From assembly GCA_051942205.1 (NCBI GenBank), contig JAVECO010000165.1, positions 1-52,688 of the forward strand: a DNA stretch of 52,688 bases. The letters run 5' to 3'. The position numbers and the translations under genes were made by a program. Of this stretch, positions 13,514 to 22,992 are shown one piece after another. The DNA is from Coniocarpon cinnabarinum. Taxonomy: Eukaryota. The notes beneath the pieces are model-generated. The model saw only the letters and a list, made by a program, of their open reading frames with translations. It was not told the origin of the DNA and did not search any database. How positions within the stretch are numbered: the first letter of the stretch is position 1; each line of letters starts with the position of its first letter.

Positions 13514-15024
13514 ATGGCCACCACCAAGAACGCAACTGTCTCCTCGCACCATGCTCTCTCTGAGCCTCAAGAACAGTACACTGCTCACGAGTCCATCCGC
13601 AACCGACCTGCGCCCGACGTCTCGTTCTACACCCCTCTCCAGTCTCCACCAGCCGGGACGGCCACTTCGCCAAACCCATGCAAGCTCTTCCAGCCGCTGC
13701 GGCTGCGCGGCTTGACGCTGCAAAACCGCATCATGCTCTCTCCGTTGTGCCAGTACTCTGCCGGCAACGGCTACCACTCTCTCTGGCACCTCACGCATCT
13801 CGGTGGAATCATCCAGCGTGGTCCCGGTCTGTCCATGGTGGAAGCCACGGCCGTGACGCCAGAGGGCCGCATCACGCCCGAAGACTCCGGACTGTGGGAA
13901 GACGGGCAGATGGAGCCACTCAAGCGCATTGTGGAGTTTGCGCACTCCCAGGGTCAGAAGATCGGCATCCAGCTGGCGCATGCGGGACGGAAGGCTAGTA
14001 CCGTGGCGCCGTGGCTGAGCTCGGGGACTGTAGCGGGGGAAGACGTCGGCGGCTGGCCTGATCGAGTGGTGGGACCGAGTGCTATTCCCTGGAACGAGAA
14101 CCACGCGCCTGTAAAGGCGATGAATCTCTCTGACATTGCTCAGTTCAAGGAGGCGTGGAGAGCGGCGGTCAGCCGTGCCTTGAAGGTGGGTTTCGATGTC
14201 ATTGAAATACACAATGCCCATGGATATCTGTTGCATGAGTTTTGTTCGCCTGTCGCAAATAAGCGAACAGATGAATATGGAGGGACTTTTGAGAATCGCA
14301 CGCGCTTGTCGAGAGAGATAGCGCAGATCACGCGGGAGATGATCCCAAAGGAAATGCCGTTGTTTTTGCGGATAAGCGCGACAGACTACCTAGAAGAGGT
14401 AGCAGAGTTCAAAGAGCAGAGCTGGCGTGTCGAAGACACCGTGAGGTTAGCATCAACACTGGCAGAGCTGGGCATCGATTTGCTGGACGTTAGCGGAGGT
14501 GGCAACCACCCACTACAGCATCCACATGTCGGGCCAGGCTATCAGGCGGTAAGTATTAAAGCCATGGCTATAGCAAGCGTATACATGCTAATGAGCTTGC
14601 ACAGCCATTTGCAAAGGCTGTAAAAAAGGCTGTTGGCGACAAGATGGCTGTGGGTACCGTTGGTGCCATTACAGAGGGCAAGCAAGCCAACCAGCTGCTG
14701 GACGAAGGCCTCGATCTGATCATTTGCGGGCGTGCTTTCCAAAAGAATCCGGGCTTAGGTGCGTCCTTTGAGCAACAGCTCATATTCCACTTGTTCGTCG
14801 TACACTAATTACAGCGGCTGCAGTGTGGAAATTTGCAGAAGACACAGAGACGCAAATTCAAATCGCCAATCAGATCAGGTACGTGATGTATTCTCTTATC
14901 AGGGTTTTCGATGGTGACTGACCGCACACATAAGATGGGGCTTTGGAGGACGACCAGGTATGCAAACTCCAATGTTGCGCGATTTCGATACTAACACCTA
15001 ATCGCAGGCGCTCCCAAGAAGTAA
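13514..15024 (+). CDS. NADH:flavin oxidoreductase / Old Yellow Enzyme (YqjM/NamA-like subclass)
   Basis: NRIMLSPLCQY, IQLAHAGRKAS, HNAHGYLLHEF, RTDEYGGTFENRTR. Exons 13514-14548, 14605-14758, 14824-14878, 14935-14957, 15008-15024, ending RWGFGGRPGAPKK*. Confidence 0.95.
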
Positions 15025-16001
15025 GCCAAGCACGCCCAGCCACAAGACGCTCTCACCACCAACACACACATAGAAATCGTCCCAATGTTTGGAGCAAAAT
15101 GTAGTTCGCTTGAGATGTAGACTGCATCCAGAGATAGACTTGCGAATACAGGTTGAATACTCAACCGCTCATGTTTTTGGAGTGCGGCAGGCACACTTGC
15201 GTACGTAGACGACGTTCACCGCGCAAAGCTGGAGGATCCATCTGCCAAGATTCTCCTGCTCAGACTTTGAGGCGGACTGGAAAGGACGCGTTAACAAGAC
15301 CAGCTGCATGATCTGTGTTTGAGCGCGGAGCAAGAGAAACCAGAAGGATGCTGTCATGCTATTAATAACCTCGTCGTGGGTCGAAGAATCCTTGCGGCAT
15401 GATAAATGCCGGCGGCTGGGTACACGTGACCTTTCGCCCGCATTAGGGCTGTTCATACCCTAGCAGCCCCTTATCCTCCCTCATGTTGCCCTTCAACGTG
15501 TATCTATCAGCAAGCTAATTGACAACCGTTGATCGAGAACCGAAGCCAAGCACTGCAATCGTTGGTTTGATACGGGCAGGCTGAGCTTTGCTGCAAAAAC
15601 TTTTTGGAACCTCGGGCGTTCCATCTCCTGGCCGGCGCGCTTGGTCATGGGTTTCGACAATGCAGAATAGGCGTCGAGCCGCGAGGTAGATCATTCTCAG
15701 CCCTGACGTTTGCCTAGCATTTCAGCATCCAGCGACGGAGCTCTAAAGGCAACTTGTCCTGCTGGTTGTGTCGGAAACGTTTCAAAGTCGGCATGGCTAT
15801 TTGCAAGTTGGTATAGAAGGATTTCTGAGCCATGATCCTTCCCGTATTCGTTTGAGCCTATGCCAGCTGGCACGTGAATCCTGCTGAAAAGACACGCCAT
15901 GATGCTTGCCGGCTTCTTCAAAAACACTGCCCTATCTTACCCTTAAGCAGCGTTAGAATCGTTTTCAACCTTTAAAATTCCATCATACGTCCATAGCAAT
16001 C

Positions 16002-16427
16002 ATGGGCCTCCGGTTACCACGCAAAGAACAGATCCACGAATGGTGCACTGACTCTGAAGTTACTGTCAACTCCACGTCCCACAAGATTTCAGTCGCCAAT
16101 CTCGGCAACAAAGACGAGAAAAAGGACTCAGAGGCCTGCGCCGCTTTCAATGCCATCAAGGGCTCTGTCGACGAGAAGATGAAGGACCACACCATCCACG
16201 GCATCCAACTTCAGTAAGTGTGCTTGAATTTCACGCTTCACGAGCATCTGGGATGTCGACCGAAAGGCTTAGCAATGGCCGTGAGCTGACGAGATGTAAA
16301 TAGTCGCAACGGCGACGGCCTGATGTTCACAATTGCATACGGGGGAAATTGGGTCGCGCCGAAAAAGCATGAATCTTTCCCAATCCCTCAGGGCGAGTGC
16401 AAAGAGTTGAGGAAGGAGTCCACTTGA
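16002..16427 (+). CDS. Small hypothetical protein (111 aa), family X paralog 1
   Basis: Exons 16002-16213 and 16304-16427; phase-2 intron GTAAGT...GCTGAC...TAG. Similar to the proteins starting at 18573 and 20484. Confidence 0.7.
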
Positions 16428-17214
16428 AATTGAATCATAAGGCTATGGGTATGATTTATAGCGTGGGCCACACATTTTGTTGTGGCTCAATCAAGGAAAG
16501 ATCCATGACTCATACACACGTCGTGGAGTGTCGCAAGTGTCTCCTAAATTTCCAACAAAGTGTAGATGGCGTAATTATAAGCTGCCACTGTCCATCAATG
16601 GTGCTACGTAACCAGATTGGCAGTCAAGCGAGACACATTGGCAGGCAACATTCGGCACTTATCCTGAAAATATTGCCCTCCACCAGATGGAAAAAAACCT
16701 TGCTGATGGTGGGTCCGTGTGGCTCTTTTATTGCCCGACGAACTTTCCTCCCACAAGAGCTAGCAAAGGTATGGTCGACGCGGCTCTGCTGATCTGGGCT
16801 TGCATATCCTACCGGCGGCACGGTAGGGTCTCGAGCCAAAGCCATCTTCAGCGACATGTGACGTCTGGACCTTATGTATGGATAGCATGCATGCTCACGT
16901 GCACCCAGTTCGTGCAGAACACAACGGTAGTCTATTACTAATCCTCTCTAGGACACGACGCTGTTGGTCAGACTTAATGTTGGCTGTCGCTCCACACAAA
17001 GCACGTCCTGCCAATATGATCGAGATGCGTGCCCACATATCGAATACCAAATAGGCTCGATACGAATAGATTGCGCTCTACTGAATTAGGGTCTAGTAAA
17101 CAGACTATTACAATTATTAAGCGTAACTCCGCTAATATATTGAAAGTTCTGGACAGAGGACTCCAGACTTGGCTTCTGTAGTATATACTTTACTTGACTC
17201 TACAGTGCCGTTGG

Positions 17215-17609
17215 CTATTTCTTTGGATAATGGCCACAGGTGACAAAGCTCTCGACGCCCTGTGCCATGCTATGCATTGTTCCCTCCGGCTTCTTCTCCT
17301 TCTCCTAAGGTCAACGTTAGTCATTGTCTCTTCATGCAACTTCCAATTACTACTAGCCTTGGGACTCGACGTGTCTGAATTGCCATTCCCTTGACTCGAT
17401 TTCTGTTGATCGTCGTTCCCTTGTTTCGATTTCTCTTGAGGGTCCTTCTCTGCATCGTTGAACATGTTGCTGCTGCCAACGAGATCTTCATCCTGGTTTT
17501 TATCGTTTTGTTTTCTGTTCTTTCTTCTGTTATTCATGAGTGATCCATCATCGAGCGCTCTTCCGAAGTCATCGGGAGCTGCACGTGGCTTTTTTCGTGT
17601 AGAGGGCAT
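17215..17609 (-). CDS. Small hydrophilic hypothetical protein (~113 aa), family Y copy A
   Basis: Exon 1 17609-17358, proposed GC-AG intron 17357-17305 (ACTAAC branch), exon 2 17304-17215. Homologous to 40062-40359 (NQDEDLVGSSNMFNDAEKD vs NRDQNLAGGHGMFEGAEKD). Donor site uncertain. Confidence 0.55.
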
Positions 17610-18572
17610 GATGGCCGGGGAGTATGGTTTGCAATGGAAAGGTGCTTAGGCTTGCGTGTGGTAAAATGAGATGTACTTGATTAGCGAGAAGGGGACACTG
17701 GATCACGGTTGAGGCGAGGAAGACTACTGTTAGGGACACAACGAAAAGTCTGCACAGCGGGGTTAAGTAATAGGGGAATTGGTGCATCAGCCATGTCGGG
17801 TGTAATGACAGTAGAAGATGAGAGTTGTTCATTACCCACAGCAGGGTCAGCAGAGCAGTCATGTCAGAAGTCCCAACAACATTCTGTTAGTATCGCCAGT
17901 GCAGAAAAGAAAAAACGTGGCTATTCTTCCGAGAAGTAGAAGGGGATATGGGCGCAGTCAAATGGGAGAGGCCACTGCGAATCGGAAGCGTCGGTCGATC
18001 AGAAACTGGCCAGCTATGCGTTGATGTGGACTGTATGGCTAACAAGGCTGATGGATCGCGGGTCAAGGCCATTTGTGTGAATGCACGGAGTCGTTGTTAT
18101 CGAGGCATACGCAGCTTTTGGCACCGGCGGCCCAACACGGCTTCTCCAGCCGAGCACTCCGATGATTGTCACGTGACTCATGCCTCTTATAAGACCACTC
18201 GTTCCAGGACGACTTTGTCTACGCTCGGTGCACTGCCAGCTCTATGTGTACCAACAGAATAGATATGCTGTGTCCTGTTGAAGCCGGACTCGATGTCGAT
18301 TCAATGGCATCCGTGCTGTGTATTCACCAGTTGCGTCTGTGTATCGCCATAGGGAGCCTTGTGCCTTCTCAGCCCGCCGTGGTCCTGGGGAATAGAAAGA
18401 TAGTATCGAGTGATCCTGCCAGCTGTCATCGTCTTGCACCGTATCTAGCGCCCGCGTTGGAGCTCGGCCGTAGTGCTCATTGCCTTTGATCAGGACTACT
18501 GCATTGCCTTGCTACAGACCCGTCTATCCTCCGCGCAAGAAACAAAGCTATTCGTACCAGTGTGCAAAAGCC

Positions 18573-19054
18573 ATGAGCTTCAGAGACCCAGGAAATCCAC
18601 CGGAGTCCAAGGCAACCAAGGGAACAGATTCCGAGAAAACGGATCCCTCATGGTCGCGCAAAGTCCGGCCTGGCCGGACGTCGCTGGTTCGCAAGCAACT
18701 TCAAGTCTACCAGCTCGGACCCGACACTGAAGCAACATTCGAAGCTGCGAAGAAAGCAGTAAGGTCAACAGTGGACAGTCGTGACTTCAGGCAAAAAATC
18801 AAGAAGAGAAAAATCACAAAATTGTCGCTTTAGTGAGTATCCTTCCACTATTGGTCTTCGCATGAATTTCCACCGCCCAATGTAGCATCCGTTTGTGAAG
18901 CTGCGGCTAACTCTGTCCTAAAAGTCGCAACGAAGAAGGTAAGTGGCAGACTGAAGTCGAGTTGAGGTTAGCATCGATTACTACTTTGACTCAAAAGTTT
19001 GACGTGCCCAAAGAGGAGGCGAAAAAGCTAGACGAGATTAAAAACGGCATCTGA
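18573..19054 (+). CDS. Small hypothetical protein (129 aa), family X paralog 2
   Basis: Exons 18573-18832 and 18925-19054; phase-2 intron GTGAGT...GCTAAC...AAG. Junction LSLY|RNEEG matches IQLH|RNGDG of paralog 1. Confidence 0.7.
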
Positions 19055-20483
19055 TCCTCCAAAAGGGCGTCGTAGGGAAAATTTATATGGTCTGCACAGC
19101 TGTTGAGAGTGTTGCGGGAACAAAATCAGAGGTCAATTGCAACGGCGGTTCTAGGTGCATATTGGGGAGAGTGTTCCATGCGTATCTCCATGTGCTCAGA
19201 GAAAGCTCAAATAGTATCGCTGTGACGTTTCAGCCACGCACACTATTATGACCGCGAAAGTTGAGCACGAGGCATGTCAAAGTCGTCCTGAGTTTACAAG
19301 TCAGTGGTTTCGTGATTCTATTGCCTGATATATTCTGGAAAGAGTTCGATGTCGATAAGGCTGCCTACGTGTGGTCTAGTTGCCGATATTTGCCGTTGCG
19401 ACTCTTGGGACGTCATGTCAAAACGGCAACGTGTCAAATTGGCAGTCTCTCGCAGGTTCTGAACATTACGACACGGGCCGGATCCACCGGGATATCCTGC
19501 AGCCCGAGATCCTTCAGAATTATCGGACCGAGTATCTTCCAATTATGCCTTATAAAGGAGACACGTGGCATGTACTTGAGCTGGTGGAGTCGCCACGTTG
19601 AAAATGAAGGAGACAGCACTCCCAAAATTTCATATACGCTGACGACGTAAACCGAAGCTTCCGGCATAATCGATCGTGCATGACGACTTTCCCGTCTTTT
19701 GTTCCTCGTGATGCTATTTCTGCTTCTACGCTGCTGTACATCTAGAAGCTTGGTCACATGGCATGATATAGAGAACACTGCTCATGCTTTTAGCAAGCTG
19801 TCTTAGAATTGGACTTTCGACGATGACTTATAATTTGCCTATGCAACAATAGACGTGGCATGCAGTTCCGCGCCACAACCGGACGGGAAACCCAGAACTG
19901 CTAATCTGATAAGACTGTATTTCGGATCTCATCCGATCGGCATCGAAATAGACTACGTATGAGCTGAGACTCCGAGCCCCCCGGCTACTCGAGAAAAATG
20001 CCTTATCCAATACTGCCGGAGAACACAAAACTTAACGTCTTGATTAGGCCGTCTTAGCTGAAGCACAGACAGTGCACAGAGGATATAGTGGTCTTAACTT
20101 CTCTACTAACGTCGAAAAAGGCCCGTTTTACAGGGGCAAATGACGCTTTGACGGTCTCATTATCAGTGTAGCGGAACAGGACAGGTAGGCGGTTGTTGCA
20201 ACTGATCCACTGATGAGACGCTTGAAACAAAACTCTCCACTGTTTCTAGTCTGCAGCCAGGTGGCCTGGGTTGCAACAATTCCTGCCACGTGCCGTATCT
20301 ATCGTAATTGACAGATCGCTCCATTCGTCTGCTCATTTGCGAAAAAGAGAGAGAAGATTCTCTGCTTACTTATTTGCCCGTCAACGTCGACTCGTGTAAC
20401 AGCCACCATTTCAAGCACCGCCGTCATATTTTATCCTCACCTCAACTCAAACCCCCATTCTCCAACGAGCTCAATCGCCCATC

Positions 20484-21129
20484 ATGGACAATAATAAAGG
20501 CTCACGCAAAAGCTCAAAATTCCTACAAGTGCCTGGTCAGGATAAAACCGCAAAGACAGGACTAAGAGAGCGATCGCCCTTACCCGACAAAGGACAGAGA
20601 CATCTCATTTTGCACGATGAGGAAAACCCTCCAATCGAAGTCCATGGGACTGATAAAGATGGCGCGCTCGTGTTGATCCGAGGCGACAATCTTGGGAAAC
20701 CTACGAATGAGAAGAAGAAATTGATGTTGGACGCGTTTAATGCGTATAAGGAGGATATTCGGAAGAAGACGGGTCATACAAATGAGACTATTCTCGAGTA
20801 AGTCTCATAAATCTGCATGTGAGAGGCTATGCGGCATCCGGAAAACACGTTGGAAGGATTAGTGGGCCGGTCGCTGACTAGCTTCCTCAATTAGAAAGAG
20901 AGGCAGCAAGTTCTCATTCGGACACTCAAAATTGGGCATGGGAGTATGGCATGTAGACGTGCAGGACCCGTACAAAACGAGATTACAAGACATGTTGAAC
21001 AAAGAGAAGGAAGCCAAAGACGAGGGCGAGGAGGGCGAGGACTGGACTCGCACGTCAGATACGGAGTCATTACCTCTAGTGTCTTTCTTCAAACCACCAA
21101 CCCCTCCACTGCCCAGCACCCGCCACTAG
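20484..21129 (+). CDS. Small hypothetical protein (182 aa), family X paralog 3
   Basis: Exons 20484-20797 and 20895-21129; phase-2 intron GTAAGT...GCTGAC...TAG. NLGKPTNEKKKLMLDAFNAYK aligns with NLGNKDEKKDSEACAAFNAIK of paralog 1. Confidence 0.7.
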
Positions 21130-21234
21130 CCTGTTTGGGTATACAAGTATACCGATCAGCCCCTCACAGCTCGTGTCGGACGTGAATGCATTCCCAAACA
21201 GGCTAGTGGCGGGTGCCGGGCAGTGAAGGGGTTG
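21098..21234. repeat. 42-bp inverted repeat (2 mismatches) with 53-nt spacer
   Basis: 21098-21139 CAACCCCTCCACTGCCCAGCACCCGCCACTAGCCTGTTTGGG is the reverse complement of 21193-21234 except at two transition positions. Confidence 0.9.
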
Positions 21235-22432
21235 ATATTCATCTGTATCCTAAATTGATGTATGTCTTTCTTAGAGCCATCAAAAATGCAAAGATCGGTG
21301 CAATCGAGGGACGACATCCAGACTCACTCTGCATACAGCGATTAAGCTAGGTCGAATTTCAATTGAAAAAACACATCCACGATGATGAATTTCGTCATCA
21401 AATTGCGTTCATTACGATCCCAGCAGAACCATCTCAGTACTTCCGTAAAAATGATATCTCTTCAACCCAAAGAAAAATAGCACAATTATTCTGCTTCGAT
21501 CAAAGCCCCCCTCTTTTGCACGTTGAAGTAAAATCAAATGGAACAAGTGACCTTCAATCAAGTAGATTCGCCTTCAAAGGATGCCACTGAATACTTCCAG
21601 TACGTGCGGAGGAAATGAATGCACATATTACATGAATCAATCGAAAGAACTCAGCAAATTGAGTGCCAGGAACTTACGAAAAGCAATGTCGTCTCATGCA
21701 TGACACGCATTGCATTAAGCGAATCAGAATTCCCAACCAAGGCATTGCTACCGCCAGGCCTGAATCTTTGCCGCTTAGCATAGGAAGACGTCCCGGATTG
21801 CATCCTACACATCCTACACTACTTTTTCCAATCTGTCACCGGATATCAATTTTTGACCCCTGCGGTCTCATAGAGTAGCAACAGTGTACGCTCCGGCACA
21901 GCAAAGCCTTTTAGACTTGGTTGAGATTAGAGTTCCGGCGGGCGGCTTGTGGGATTGCGAGCCTTTCTGTAGAAGACGTGTCATTTCGGGAATGCGCAAT
22001 GGCTTATTTAGTCGTAGCGTATCGTGCGCGGAATATAGGAGACACATGATATTTTTGGAGCTCAGAACACGGGCAACAATATGCTGTACTTTGATTTCTT
22101 ACGTCTCTATAAGGTCTAAATTCGTCTGCGTCTCGTCTAAGTCTGTTCGATAATGTCTGCACTACTTCAGGGTCTTATGTCCAGTGGAATTATGCTGAAG
22201 ATGCAACCATTTTACAATAAGTAACATCTACAGACCGGACTAAAGTTGCCTTGGTCTAGGAAAGGAGAGATAACATTTCCACTGTGAAGCAGGAACATAT
22301 TTTACTGAGAATGAGTACACCATGCAGCTGTGAATGTATTACGTAAAAGTGCTTAATGTTATAACGTTCTCTCTATCTCGTAGCTACAATGCCGTATACG
22401 TGAAGCCGCCGCTTTGAACAAGACGTCGATAT

Positions 22433-22686
22433 CAGTGTGGTCAATAGTTCGGTTTGGTTCGGTCCTAGTTCAGTAGCGTGCGCTACTACAACTAATAAGA
22501 GTAAGAAACGAACTAATATCGTAATAGTTTACTACAACTAAACCGATAATTACTAGTAAATAATAGTTTAGCATAGTTACGGTTTGGTGGCGTGCGCTAC
22601 TACAACCGATAAGTGTAAGAACCGAACCGATACCGTAATAGTTTACTACAACCGAACCATTGACAACCGAACCACTGACCACACTG
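22433..22686. mobile_element. Non-autonomous hAT-type MITE (254 bp)
   Basis: TIRs begin CAGTGTGGTCA (~22 bp, 2 mismatches). Perfect 8-bp TSD GTCGATAT at 22425-22432 and 22687-22694. Internal 69-bp direct repeats at 22476-22544 and 22590-22658. Confidence 0.9.
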
Positions 22687-22992
22687 GTCGATATCGTTCT
22701 ATCATAAATCATAGGGAAGATGCAACGTCTGTACAATGAATCTGCGACACCGCGATCCACTTCTGTATAACCCAGCGTCATCATATGCTCGATAAGTAAC
22801 TTGGCGTTCAAACGAAGAATCGAAATCTGTGTCACAGGCAGTGGTCAAGAAGGCCAAGAAGAACTGCAAAGCCCACAGCGAGGTGGAGAATTTGTAGTGC
22901 GTTGGTTAAGAAGATGAGAGGGCTGCGGATTCAAGCAGTTCGATAACTTTTTTATACCCTCGCTTGTGAGCTCGTGACAGAGGTGTCTGACC

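Noticed and set aside
13445..14236. 263-aa antisense ORF
   Set aside because: Shadow ORF of the GC-rich OYE coding strand; no recognisable motifs.
17358..17450. N/Q/G-rich stretch (KQGNDD...SQGNGN) as an NLR amyloid signalling motif
   Set aside because: Highly charged, explained by a 30-bp duplication, and no matching motif at the NLR N-terminus.
19100..20300. Short ORFs that may be a decayed gene
   Set aside because: No family motif or consistent exon structure could be identified.
22470..22835. 121-aa ORF with repeated VVVNYY
   Set aside because: Largely a translation of the MITE internal repeats.
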